A stretch of DNA of 64,000 nucleotides from Lama glama (lineage: Eukaryota). The stretch is from NCBI GenBank assembly GCA_028534125.1, contig CM052817.1:74278001-74342000 (forward strand), in the 5' to 3' direction. The notes below the pieces were generated by a model. It was not told the DNA's origin. It saw nothing but the letters and a program-made list of their open reading frames with translations, and searched no databases. Within the stretch, counting starts at the first letter, position 1. Each line of letters opens with the position of its first letter. Below, in pieces: positions 11,940 to 25,350 of this stretch. The position numbers and the translations under genes were made by a program.

Positions 11940-12400
11940 TTTTGTTGCTTATATCTCAAAATATATCCTGAGTCTGTTCACTTCTCAGTATCTCCATTGC
12001 TACCACTCTGGTTCAAGACATCATCAACTCTCACCTCAATTACTGTAAGAGTGTCTAACTGGTCTCCTTACTTCTGCTCTAGATATATAGAATATATTTT
12101 CCATCAGCAGTTGGTGTAGATTTTAAAGAAATATGAAAGATTTTGCCATTTCTTCCTGTATCTAGTAAAATCTATAGGCAGTTCCGTGACCCTCAAAGCC
12201 CTACATGATCCTGTCACCTCTCTGAGTCCAGCTGCTCCCACTCTCTACTTTGTCCACTGTGCTCTGGCCATACTAGCCTCCTTGTTAGTTCCTGCCTTTG
12301 CACTTGTCATTACCTTTGCCCAAGACATAGAAGGTCAAAGCATGATTTTCTTCCCTCATTTCCTTCTTGCCTCTGCTTAAATGTCATCTTATTGTGAGAC
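11940..12400 (+). mobile_element. L2 LINE fragment
   Basis: 'ccactctggttcaagacatcatcaactctcacctcaattactgtaagagtgtctaactggtctcc', 'aaagccctacatgatc'. Confidence 0.85.
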
Positions 12401-12849
12401 ATTAACATCTTTCCCGGACCCTTCCCAGACCTGTCCATGAAGCTCCATTTAAGGCACTGGACTGTAGTCCTCTCTGGCTTACTGGCTTACACCGTAGGCC
12501 TCAGAAACTGATCTAATGCCTGCCTTGCAACTTATCTTTCCTGACTCCAGTTAACCTCGACAGCTAGCTGCCAGCTCTAGCCTTGGCCCAGTCTAACTTT
12601 GACCATAATTAAAACCAGCTGTCCCCTGAAGCACTTCCTCAAATTGGCAACTCACTTCTCAAGCCTGTTCTCCCCTATTGCTATGATTATTACTGTACCT
12701 TTGAACTCTGATGATGAAAGAGGGACAACTTTTTGGGTTGTAGGAGAGACAGCAGTGATAGGATAAACAGGGAACTAGGTGTACCAGTTGACCAGGCTTG
12801 GCTTCATAATATGCCTTTAATAGATTCTAGTCTTACCCCAGAATTTCTT

Positions 12850-13130
12850 TGGTAAATCAAATGAATTATACTGTGCCCAGGAAATAAACTTTATGTTGAC
12901 ATAGTTCAAATAATATATTTCTCATAAATATGAATGAGAGTATATAACATCAGGAATTGGGCAAAAATAGAAAATTATTATTCAAGAAGAGAAGACTTTA
13001 ATCAATGCTAAATGGAAACAGGACAATTCATATTAATAGTCCCAAATTATATAAACTTAGAAACAGCTTGGGCAGGTATATTAAGTTAGAAAGTCTATTG
13101 GTGTTCATAGTGATTTTAAGTTTAAAGATA
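12850..13130 (+). mobile_element. Probable L3/CR1 fragment
   Basis: 'agagaagactttaatcaatg', 'gaaagtctattggtgttcatagtgattttaagttt' resemble decayed L3 RT region. Confidence 0.35.
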
Positions 13131-14791
13131 ATGAAACAAACGGAGAGTCAGAAAAAGATTTTTTAAAAGCCCGGTCAGAAAGAGAGGTTCCAAGAAAATT
13201 AGAGGAAATAAATTCAGATATGGCTCAAATACCTATACTATTGTTGTTTGAATAGCCATTTAAATGGTCTTCTTTGTTGCCATTATTTTTTCTCTTTTCT
13301 CCCTCCCAGCAAACAGTGGTTTGTCTGTAACATACCACTGCCTAGCTTAAAAGTATGTGCTGTGCTTCAGCAACCAAAGAATCAATCCCACAATCCACTG
13401 GGGAAGGGGGATGCACACTCTTACTTTTTAGGATTCTTCCCTGACCACCTATCTACTTCTGTACTTCTAGCTATAAGATAGCCGTCCCCTAACTGTCCTT
13501 CCAGACCTTTGCTAAGGTCATTTTCCCATCCAGCAATGCCTGGCTGGGAGAATCCTGCATATTTTTTAAGTCCAGATCAAAATTCACTCCCTAAGGGAGG
13601 TAGTTACTCTCCTCATGCAGGATTTTTTAAAGTTTTTCTGATCGACTAAGGTGAAATTGCAGTAAAGATGTTAAGACCTATATAAATCTAGTGTTTGCAA
13701 CATAAAGGACACACAGCAGGTTTACATAAAGTTTCTTAGTTCACAAGCTCAAATTATTTTATAAATTCAATGAATTCTCTTTACCTCCAGAGTAGAAAAA
13801 TAAAATGAAGTTAAATTTGATGATGTGATCAAAAACACCCACTTAAACTCCACTGGGTGTTTAACACACCAATAGCCCCTAGGAATATATTATGCTTATC
13901 CAAATTTATGCAAGAACTAGAAACAAACTAAGAATATTGAAGCAATTCTTTGCTTTCTAAAGTGTTCAAAATATTTGCAAGATGCATTTAATCAACTGCT
14001 TTGTTTTGTGTGTATGTATGTGTATTTAAAGGATCTCAGACACAGCTGAAGGTTTTCAGAAATGTCATGTAGGTAAAAAACACACTAATAGAACAGGACA
14101 GTCATTATGTTACACTCTGCTTTTAAAACTGGCTGTTAATGTGAACTGGTATTGCTTGCTAATATGGTCGAAGATGAAGAACCCTGAGAATTTCTTGAGC
14201 AGCTAGGTAGAAAATCCAGCAGCCAACCCAAGTTCTTCTTTGTCTTGATGAGTCTTACTTTACAGCCAGAGTTACGAAAAGCCAAACCTTCAAATAATGG
14301 GCCTTCTTCCTGTGCACTGGCAGGTTCTGGTTAGCTGGCAGACAGACCTCTGGCAAAATTCAGACCTTTCATGTTCTAGGAAAGAAAAATGTTTTTTATG
14401 GCTGGCCCACAGGCCCCAATTCAGAAATAGTCTGAGTCATGATGGATATGATTTTTAAAAATTTATGCCAGCATCGCAGCTATCTAAGTTAAAACTGTAA
14501 AAAAAGAAGGCACAAAAGCAAAAAGATAGCTTTAATGACATTTGCTACCCTGGACACACCAGGCATTCCATATTTGTTGTTTTCCTTGTTGCAAGGAACA
14601 GCCCATTTGATAAAACCATGACACAGGAAGGGAAATCATGACATGATTTAATGAGCTTACTGGTAGTTTTCATTTTAGGTGATATTTTTTCAACAGTCAT
14701 GAAAAGTGTCAGAAGATATACAAGGCTTTACATTGGATTATTTCCATTAAATTTAATGGCTATGTTTTACAATTCAGAATGTAAGCATCTC

Positions 14792-14856
14792 AATCATTGC
14801 GATAAATATTTGTAGTAATCAGTGTAATAATCATTGCAATAAATATTTGTAATAAT
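14792..14856. repeat. Local direct duplication (28 bp, period 37, 2 mismatches)
   Basis: aatcattgcgataaatatttgtagtaat (14792) / aatcattgcaataaatatttgtaataat (14829). Confidence 0.9.
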
Positions 14857-15129
14857 ATAGAGTTTAGCTCACTTCCCTTCCCAGTTTTATTCATCACCCT
14901 CATATTACATTCTTAGGGACTGTATGTCTATTAATATTCAAAGGAATCTTATATGTATTACATATTTCAAATACTATTATTTGTCAATACTATTCTAGAA
15001 ATTTAATTAAAAATGTAAAATATCTTAAAACAGTCAAGAAAACTGGATACTTATGAATTTAAAAACTACATATATTGCTTAGGGAAGAAAAAAAATTGAA
15101 GCAATAAAGGTGTGATGGGACCAGACTGC

Positions 15130-15420
15130 TTTTGAGCAGACATGACACAAAGGAACTGAGATCAGTGTGTCATAAGTGAATGAAGTTAAATTTAAATGTA
15201 ATAGTCAATGCTTGATAGAAAAAAATAATGTGGCAGTAGGATATATAAAGAGAACCATAGCATGTAGGAGCTATGAGTTTCTATTTTTATAATGACTGTC
15301 ACTCAGGTTTTATACCAGAGTCATGATAAATTTGGGTTCTGCAGTTACTCTGTAATATGGAAAATCTGCAATGAGATTCAAGGAACAATCCATTCACAGT
15401 TTAATGAGGAAAAATTTCTT
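15130..15420 (+). mobile_element. Probable L3/CR1 fragment (distal ORF2)
   Basis: 'aaaaaataatgtggcagtaggatatataaagagaaccatagcatgtaggagc...ccagagtcatgataaatttgggttctg'. Confidence 0.5.
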
Positions 15421-15740
15421 GGGTTAATACCACAACCAAATGGGTCTAGTGGGGAGACTGAAGTGGTCACCTAGAGCTGATACATCAGCTCATTCCTTTA
15501 AAATTAACAAAATTTCTTCTATTGCAGGTATTTCTAGTTCCTCTAGTATTTAAAAGCATAATGTTAGGAGGGTCACTTTAACACATCTGTAGATAAGGGA
15601 TTGTATTACTTACTCAATTACCTGAATCACTCTTTTTTAAATTGAATTCTAAAGTCTGTGCAAAATCAATAAAACTTTTTCACTAACTAGAAATATTAAA
15701 TGCCTTTTAAGGGTCATACACTCTGTAGTGGATTATACTC

Positions 15741-16328
15741 TGCATTAGTTATCTATTGCTGAATAACAAATAATCCCACAATTTTGTGGCTTAAAATAAC
15801 AGAAACATTTATCTCCTGGTTTCTGTGGGTCAGGCATTCATGGGTGGCTTAGCTGTGTGCTTTTGCCACAAAGACACTAATAAGACTATAACAAAAATGG
15901 AAGTCACGGGTATGATCTGTCCTGAAGGCTTGACTCAGGGAGGATGCAATTTCAAGTTCACTTATGTGTTTGTTGGCAGGATTTAGTCCTTCGTTGACTT
16001 TTGGATTGATGTTTCATTTTCTCACTGGCTGTTAACTGGTGACGCCCCTCAGAACATTTCCATATAAGTTTCTCTGTAGGGCAGCTCACAACCCAGCAGC
16101 TGCTTCCATCAGAATGAGTGAATAGGCAAGCAAGACGGCACCAAGGCAGAAGCCACAGTCTCGTTGTAACCTAACCTTGAAAGTATTATACCATTACTTT
16201 TGCCATATCCTTTTAATTAGAAGTGAGTCAATAGGTCCAGCTCACCTCAGGAAGAAGGTGTATTACACAAGGGCATGAAAATGAGGAAGTGGGGATCAAT
16301 GGGGGCATCTTAGAGGTTGCTCACCACA
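15741..16328 (-). mobile_element. MaLR solo LTR, MLT1F/G-like
   Basis: 'tgcattagttatctattgctgaataacaaa...gtggcttaaaataaca...gggcatcttagaggttgctcaccaca', with TG...CA ends. Confidence 0.85.
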
Positions 16329-16329
16329 T

Positions 16330-16460
16330 GCCCATTTGTAGACTTGAAACACCCAGAGAGTTTTAGTAACATTGAGCAAAACAGATAGTAAATGTAGAAG
16401 CTAGAATTAAAACTGAGGTCTGATTAAGTTCAAAGCCCCGAATATTTTCATTGCCACACA
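16330..16460 (-). mobile_element. MIR fragment
   Basis: 'ccatttgtagacttgaaacac...gatagtaaatgtagaagctagaatt...caaagccc'. Confidence 0.6.
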
Positions 16461-16599
16461 TTGCAACCTTGTGATAATGAAAGAATAAGTTCAAGTGACC
16501 TGGGAAAGCGCTGGAACAAGTTGAAGCATCAATATTAATAAGAATTTTTTAAAGGAGCTAGATTGTAATTCAAGAGGTAAACCCAGAGAAAATGTATTA

Positions 16600-17023
16600 T
16601 TTTTATTTATAGGAGATAAAGAAACCAAATGTATCATATGACATGGTTGGGTATATAAATATTTCAAATGAATCTTATACATACTAGAGTTTAGTAAATG
16701 AATTTTGAAAGTTTGTTCAAAAATTTTAAAAAGTTACTTGAATTCTAATTTCCAGCAAAAATGTTAAGAAAATAAAATAAGAGTACAATACTATTTAGGA
16801 GGCATAGAAATTAAACACCTAGGAATAAATATAAAATATGCAAGACTGACACTATGGAAACTACTGAACCATTATTGAGATAAATTCAAGAGGACCAAAA
16901 TAAATCAAATGATATATCATGGTCATGGTCTGGAAGACTCTATATTGTAAAGAAGCTAATTCTTTCCAAATTGATTTATAGATTAAATGCATTCCAAATA
17001 TTAATTCCAATGTTTTGTGAGCA

Positions 17024-17057
<34 letters not shown>

Positions 17058-18250
17058 CGCACAAATTGATCAAGTGTTATAAAATACAAAGGGCCAAGAA
17101 TGGCCACAATAATCTGGAAGAAGGAGAATTGGTTGGAGGATTTACCCTTGATATGAAGCTCATAAAACTACATGTGGTACTGGTCCAATGTTAGTTAGAC
17201 AAGTATATCAAAGGTGCAACCCCCCAAACAGACCCACACACATACAGTCACTTAGTTTTTGATGATGTTGGCACTTCAGAGCAATGGATAAAGGAGTGTC
17301 TTTTTGGCAAATGGTACTGGGTCAGTTGAAAAACCGTATGAAACAAAGTGAATCACCTTGTATACAATTATCAATTTGTAAGTATAAATTCAAAGACTAA
17401 AACACCAATCTTTTAGAAGAAATCATAGAAAAATATCCTCATGAATTTGGACTAGGCAAAGATTTCTTTGAAGGGACACCAATAGCACAAATCATAAAGG
17501 ATAGGTTATTGAACTGGGCTACAGTGGAACTGAGAAATTCCATTAATCAAAAGAGATCAGCAGAAAGTGAAAAGACAAGCCACAAAGTAGAAAAGATATT
17601 TACAAGATTTATAACTGAGAAAAGACTTTTATCTAGGATATATAATGAATTCCTTACAAATAAATGTGAGTGCAAAAGACAGCTCAATTTAAAAAAAGAG
17701 CTAAAGAATTAAGCAGGTACTTCAGAATATGACACCCTAATGGTGAATATGCAGATGAAAAGAAGAATTAACTTCAATCATAATAAGCAAAAGCAAATTA
17801 AAACTATAGTGAGATACAATTATATACCTGTAGGATGATTAAAATTAAACAAAATTAAACTGATAATCACAAGCATTGACAAGGATATGAAGCTGGTAGG
17901 ATTGTACTTTGGTGGAATCATGTTTGAAAACCCTTTGGCATTCTCTATTAATGGTGAACATATACTACTCTATGATCTGGAAATCCTAAGTTTATACCAC
18001 ATTAAAATTTGGTACAAAATAAATATCTAAGAATGCCCTGATCAGTATAATTTTAATAGCCACAAACTGGAAACCATCTAACTATATATCCATAATTGGT
18101 AGAATGGACAATAAATATGATACATTCCAGGAAAAAGAACAAACTACTGCTGTTCAAAACAACAGGGATGATTCTACAAACATCTTCTTGAAGCCAGTTA
18201 GAAAATAATATGTTCTATGTAATTTCATCTATATAAAGTTCAACAAGAGG
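16600..18250 (+). mobile_element. Old L1 (L1M) ORF2 C-terminal half to 3' UTR, decayed
   Basis: 'aaacacctaggaataaat', 'ggaagactctatattgtaaaga', 'caaatggtactgggtcagttg', 'gcaaattaaaactatagtgagatac'; many stops and frameshifts. Confidence 0.9.
17024..17062. repeat. (TG)14 followed by cgcgcacgcac (alternating purine-pyrimidine)
   Basis: Read directly; lies inside the L1. Confidence 0.95.
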
Positions 18251-19449
18251 TGCTGTATTAGGGCAAAAGATGACCCAGTTAATAGGTAGCTAGTAAGATA
18301 ATTCACAGGTCAGGTTTATAAGCATACGGTAGAAGAAAAATTAGTCCCACTAGAAAGAGTACTGTTACGAAAAATGACAAACCAAATCAATGGATTGAAG
18401 AAAATTAAGTTGTTGAAACAATAAACATTTTAAAAACTTTGCCTACTTTTAAATACATTTAAAATACATGTAAGTAGTTGATGTATTCAGAGTTTTGTCA
18501 CATCTAAACAGTAGTGTTTTAAGCTGTCTTGACCTCTTTCATTTGTAGTGGTAAATTCTTTATTCACAGAAGCAAGTCTGATGAATACAGCTGGAGAATT
18601 TTAAAAGTATCTAAAATGTTAGAGAGCCACAAATTAAATGAAGTGAATATTCTAAAATAAGTTTTAAGTCACACTAACTTTTAATGACAATAACATAGTC
18701 CTAAGATTTGAGAGAAAATCTTTTAATGCAAGTACATGGACCATGCATGAAAATAGTTGTAATGACTAGTATACAATGTTATCTTTTGTGTATGTGTGAT
18801 AGGTGACTAGGGGGTGGCTGTTTATTATGTAAGATTTAATTTATAGACAGAGAACTAGGTGCTGGCAATGTTTTATCATATTTTAAATATTTCTGAAAAT
18901 AAATTTCTTTAATTAGAATATTAGATAATTGACATTCAGTAACCCAATTGTATAATGCCTCTATAACTTTCTCTTCCTATATGAAAACCTACACTCTGGC
19001 TTAATAAAAGAAAAAAGTATTTAAAAGCTAGCAATTTAAAATTTCTATTTGCACATGACATTTTATATGAACAAGGATGACAGGACTGTGCACATAATTG
19101 TTATTTAGGATCCTGCAGAGCACCCTGAAAGTAAGGGCACACATATCTCCACCCCGATGTAGCGTCAGAGATGGCAGCAGGGAAAACATTCTCTGCTGTG
19201 GTCATCTTAAGTCTGGCTCAACACAGAAGAAGCCTCTTACCTCTTTTGCATTTTATTTCCAGTTTATTTCCTTTTCATGAAAACACTGACATAATTAAGA
19301 GGGTGGTGTACACCTTTGATGTATTTTATTTAAGGATACACAATGCATCAGAGTAAGTTGTCAGATGTGTGACATCTAGATCCACTTTGCCTTCAAAGTC
19401 CGTGTTCGTGGAAGTGGCTAGCATTGTCTACCAGGTGAATGTGTGGAGC

Positions 19450-19570
19450 CCACTGGCAGTCTGATACCTGGTCTCTAATCCTGACCATCATCTAGCTTTG
19501 TCCACACAGGCAAATCAGTTCTCACCCCCAGATCTTATTTTTCTCAGATACAAAATGAGGCTGTTGAGCT
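19450..19570 (+). mobile_element. MIR fragment
   Basis: 'acctggtctctaatcctgacc...ggcaaatcagtt...tacaaaatgagg'. Confidence 0.55.
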
Positions 19571-19804
19571 CATTTAAACACTCAAAAAATTTCATTTTGC
19601 TTTATAAAATTATGTGGCAGCCATGTGATGAACAGTCTATATGACTTAAAGGTCAAAAATGTATATGGAGGCCCAGGGCTTGCTAGACCCCAGTAAGAAA
19701 ATGAAGAGAATATTCAAGTATTGTACCTGGAGTCAGAGAATAGTGAATCCCAACTCTGTGGTTACTAGCTTTAGGGTGTCAAGAATGCCACTACCTTTTT
19801 TTTC

Positions 19805-19965
19805 CTTTTTTTTTAATGGCATTACATGTTTATTATTAAAATTTTGGAAGAGGTGGAAGCATGTTAAAAAAAAAAGGACAAAAGAAATGATTCATAATTT
19901 CTACTGCCCAGAGGCAACACTGATATTTTGGATTATTTTATTTCAGTCCTATTTCTATCCATGAA
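19805..19965 (-). mobile_element. L1ME-like 3' end
   Basis: T-run followed by 'attacatgtttattattaaaattttggaa...ataatttctactgcccagaggcaacactg'. Confidence 0.65.
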
Positions 19966-22524
19966 AAAGTATATAGAGCCACTACCTTTTTTTAATCTTT
20001 AATTTTGTTCTCGTTAAAATTTTTACCTCCAGGAGAGCACATTTTACCTATCACAGAGTTGGCTTCCCAAAATTGCTAGCTGAATCTCAGTACAACATAC
20101 TTGCAAGTGAGAAAACTTATTATTCTTCTACTTTCTTCCCCTCAAAGGATTTTTGAGGAATTTGTGTCATGTTTACTAGCTTTTCCACTCTTTACCAACT
20201 TAATTTACTTTCATGGATAAGAAACAGAGTCTGCCGTCTTTTGATTTGAATTGCTAAGTCTCCACATTTCCATATTTGGTGAATTATTTCTGGTACCTAA
20301 CTTTTTCCCTCATGCAATACCACATTCAGTGATGCGGAGCCTTTTATGTTATCTGTTTTTCTCCCATAGCAGCCTCAGGAGTGCTATTTCATGTGATTTG
20401 CATTTAACCTGTGATATAGTCAGTGTACATTTTGAAAATTTAAAAAAAACCCCGCTGACTGAAAGCATATTAGATAAATAAATTAACCAGCAGAAACTTA
20501 CAGCAGCTGTGTTGGCACCCAGGGGAGCAAGGGGAGCTGTTGGAATTGCTGGTTCAGGGTATTGGTTGCCCTGCCTGCGGACAACCAGAGTCTGTCTCTT
20601 ATTTAAATTCTTATGAGGTAATCTAGTTGGTGTCCCTCAGCCCATAGACTGGGTTCCCTCCAGTTGGAGTCCAGTGCTGAAAAACAGCTGTGGTCTGGGT
20701 AGTGGAGTTAAATTACTAAAACATGGCCACCTGAGATGCCCAGGGACAATGAATGGGGTAGTGTGCGGCAAAAGGGACCATGAGTGGGAACTTATTCTCT
20801 GAGGAAATTGTTCAGAAGGAGTAGCACATTTCTAATGTGCCCACTGCCAAGCAGTGGAGCCCAAAGACAAAAGGTGTTTATGGTTTGCCCAAAGCTGAAA
20901 AAATAAGAAAGCTAAAAATTGGTAACTGTACAATATCTGTGAACTCCAGCTTGCAAATTTCAATTCTAAGATTGTATGTTTTGGAGTATAGACAGCAAAT
21001 TATTATGTACTGTGATCATTCTATGCTATGCCAAAAACGTGCCATTATTGATCATATTTTTCTCATTTAGTTCAGTTCACCATGTAAGGAATTGAACATA
21101 TATTCATACATTTCTAGGTTAAAATTTATCTGACTTTTAAAAATCTTCTGTTTCTGTTCCCATAGGATGTGTAATTTTGAAAAAGTATACTTAGAATTTA
21201 AAAAGACACAGCTGAAAGGCCAGTGAATTAAATATACCTTAATTATTTCTTAAACCGAAGTCCAATTTAAAATAATGTTCTAAGTGGAATATATTACTTA
21301 TTTTGATAATTTTACCGGCTTTCATAGGTATGCTCTTCTAGCAGCTGTTTTTGAAACCCTGGGAAATAAAATGAAGGAGACTGTTTCTCCTAGGACAGCT
21401 GCAGAACAATAAACTATACATGGTACCACCAAAAGGTTGCCTTCCTTTGTATGAATTGAGAACTGACTTAAATAACTCAAATCAAAAAGGGCAAAAAAAT
21501 TATTTCTCGTAGCTGCCAGCTTCCTCCTTGTGTGGCCCTTTAAAAGGGAAGTAGGAAAAAATCTTAGCGTGAAGGAAGAAAGGTGGCTGAAGGAAGACAG
21601 GGAGGCTGCTGCTGTTATAGGACTGGGGAGCCCCACTCTGCTCACCCTCGGTCTCGCTCCCAAGTAGGGCCAATGGTGAAGTGTCCCATCACCTGGAAAG
21701 TAGGCTGTGCTTGTCACCACTTTAGAGTCTTGACCAATCCCAGAGTTGGCATTACCTTAGTGAGGCATTTTGGGGGAATGGAGGTATCTTATCTGCCACA
21801 TCAAATTTGCCACTGCAATCCCACTGCCCCCACCTCCCTGTGTTGCCCTTTTAGAGAGAAGAGTAATTCTGAAAGCTGCCAAGCATAATTTTACAGGGAA
21901 TTTTTTTCACGGTCTTTTTTTTTTTTTTTTTGAAGCCCTAAAGTGGATACATTCAGAAAAAAAATTACAAGTTTATTAGAATAAATTATTTTATAAACAA
22001 GAACTCATAGTGTCTGAATTTCTACTATTACTTATTATTGTTATAGATAACAGATTTTAAAATGAACTCGAATATATTCCTTTTCTGTTGTTGAATTTTG
22101 ACAGAATTCTTTATGCCTGACTTTTTTAGGTTAAAAAAAAAAAGACCTTTTTGCCCTTAGAGTAATATATAACAAAAATCTTTTCATCATTTTAAGTAAT
22201 TGCAAGCATAAAATTCAAATTACAGCAGTTCTCAATGTAATAGCACTGAACAATCACCTCATTAGCAGTGATTATCTGGATATTAACAGAAGTTTCTGAT
22301 CCATAGATTCTTTTCGCAATGTTTAGTATGATTTGCAGCAATGTGCTACAAAAATGTAGCTATATATTTTTTTACTTTGCCTTAGTATTGACAGGGTGAG
22401 CGCTATGAAGATTTATGAGATACTGAATGATGTAAAATTTATTATTGACTGTCAAGAATCTTGTCTTAAGGAACTGCACAGCTCTTTTTACTTCTGGAAC
22501 CATTCTGATATGTTGTAAATAGAA

Positions 22525-22525
<1 letters not shown>

Positions 22526-22561
<36 letters not shown>
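22526..22561. repeat. (TG)18 microsatellite
   Basis: Read directly from the sequence. Confidence 0.98.
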
Positions 22562-22567
<6 letters not shown>

Positions 22568-25204
22568 TCATTTATTTTCTTTGTGGTATTAATATACACT
22601 AAATCAAATTACATACTGAAATGGGATACCAGCCTTAGGAGAAGCACTGTACTTTGGTGGTGAGTGATTCTGTACATTAAAAATGGTTGGTGGTAACTTT
22701 GATGGTATTACTGGAGAGTTTTCCCATAACTACAAATTTAAGTTTTCAAGTACTGAGAGGCAGAATTTCTTTTCTTCCTATTTTCTATTACTTGTTTAGT
22801 TAAAACCCTCCACTTTAGTAATACCAATTTCTCTTTGCTAACTGCCTCGGTAGAAATAATTGGGTGAAAAATGTGAGAAAATATTTTGTCTACTAAAAAC
22901 ATTTTCCCCCTTTTAAAGGTAATCATTTTTCTTAACTTAAATAATTAAGCCATTCAACTGGATATTTTTTTAAGTTGAAAGATAAAAATTAAAACACACC
23001 ATTTGTTAGCTAAAAAGTCTATTATTTAATTCTTTATCCTCTGCTCATAAAAGATAGGGTTTTTTTACCTTCACTAATATTTTAATACACTTCTTTATGA
23101 TGTTATTACTCATGGCCTGAATTAAATAAGAAACTCACAGGAAGAAAACAACCAAGAAAAAAAATCTAGTCTCATTTCTAATACATTTTTAACATGTTAT
23201 TTGCTAGAAGCAAAAGCCAAGAATCAAACCTTTCTTCTTTGAAAGTTGCTTGAAATAAAATGTTTTTGAGTCAAATTTAGTACTTTGAAAGGGGCCCTGG
23301 AATAATAACATCATACATGAATCCTGGAATCATCCTTACATTAATTGAAATGAATACTTACTGTGTGGAAAGAATTTTGGAACAAATATTTTAGAAAGAT
23401 GCATTTCAGGGAGATAGCTGGCAAAGCACTTAGCATTATATAATCAAAGCTTCTCCTTAAAATGTGTTTTTATTCTGCCAATTCTATAATATAAAATTTT
23501 AAACGTCTCTTTGCAGAACCAATTTATTATATTTCCCCTTATTCTTTCTTTTATAAGCTGACAGTAATATCAAAAGTCTCCCAATGCCTGTCAGGGACCA
23601 TCTCTAACTCAGCCCTTTAGGTGGTTTTACTGAAAATTAGATAATATTCTGCCAACCTTAGAAATCAATCTGATTTAGGAAATCATTCCATGGCAGTCAT
23701 TATTTATGATGACAGAATTCTCTCACCTCCCCTTTCACACTTTCTGGTTTCCAGTTTCTTGTGATATTTTTGGAGAAAACCTATCAAGAATAAAGTTCAA
23801 CATAGGAAATCTAACTGGGGAGTCTTCAGGAGCGTCTTTTAGAAAAGAACCAAGTCCCTTCTCGGGGAAGACCTTGTCTAGGCAATTTGCAAATGAAGCC
23901 AGAGTGTCTTAGGCTGTTGGTTTTCTTTTGTCCCAGTGATGCAAGAAATACAAACCAATCCTGGTGCAAATTCAGGAACAATTAGCAAAACATCTAACTG
24001 TTTAAGTGTTCTATTTAAACAAGGAAGAGATTACAATGAAAGGAAAGAAATTACAGTGCCAGAAGGGATTCCACAAGGATAAACCTTTGTATACACTAGA
24101 TATTTTACAAACTGCTTGCAAAGCAGCTTTAGAACTTTAGGGACTGTTACACACATTTATAAATTAAGCTGAATCATAGAGCTATTGACACAGACAATTT
24201 GTCAGCACTTAAGAATTAAGACTTTTGGCATGCATAAGAACACAAGCTGCAACCCTCTGAAGTGGAAAGTTACAACATCCAATCATTGATTTTCTGTCTT
24301 TTGTAGAAAAGAGACTGAGCTCTGAGGAAAGCTGCAGTTGAAACATCAGTTATCAAGAAATATATAGAATTCCTCCAAGAGATGAACATGTTTCTTTCTA
24401 GGCCTGGGTTTTCTTACGTATTTTAAAGGTTTAAATATTTCTTTGTTAATTCACAAATGGATATGTATGTAAGCAGGCACGGAAAAACTGAGTGGAAACC
24501 AGGTGGAAAATTAATATTCTCACAAAGAAACAAGAGATGAAGCACAGAGATCTCTTCATGCATTAATTGGTCACAAGAGTTGTGACAAAATGTTCTTTGA
24601 ATTTTTTTTTAACTTTTTCTAATTCCCTGTAATTTAAAAGAATTTGGGTGGGGAAAACACTTAAACAAACAGATATAAACAACCACAACAGAAAGGCTAT
24701 TCAACTCCATATTCTTGATAGTCTGACAGTGTTCCTTAACTCAGTATTTTGACTCCTAATATATGCAATACTAAATAATTTTCCTTTGTACAGTAAATTT
24801 AAGTTAGGGATTGGGACTCATAGGCAGCAATATTACCTTTATTTTGATTATTGGGATGTTTCATAAAATTCTGATATTCATTGGATAAGTGTTCAGATCA
24901 TTTCAGAGAAAATTAGTGCTTTACATCCATAGAAATCTACATGTAGCCTTTTATAATGCTTACTTCATATGTCGATGCAGTTTAATATCTGTTAAATTTC
25001 AAAATAGGAAGGAAAATCTGATATGGCCTTCCATTTCTTTCATTTTATATATAAAGAAAAATGAAGTCTCTCCAGACATTTGTTCTTGTCAAGAATAGGA
25101 AAGTTGAAATCTCATTCAAAATACACAAGAGCCTAACATTTAAAGGAGTTACTGAAGAAAAATCATCTAACCAGCAAACCAAAGACTCTTTGTGAGGAAT
25201 TATA

Positions 25205-25350
25205 ATGATTACTAACTGCTGTGTGAACTTTATGCAAGTAAATTCAATTCACGAAGCCAATTTCTTTGTCTATAAAAGAGAAATAAAAATTATAATAGAA
25301 TCTACTTCAATGGGTCATTGTGAAGTTTGAGATAAAAGCATGTAAAGTAA
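25205..25350 (+). mobile_element. MIR fragment
   Basis: 'ctgtgtgaactttatgcaagtaaattcaa...tttctttgtctataaaa...tgggtcattgtgaag'. Confidence 0.7.

Noticed and set aside
17509..17712. ORF with faint L1 ORF2 similarity
   Set aside because: Fragment of a decayed L1 with surrounding stops and frameshifts, not a gene.
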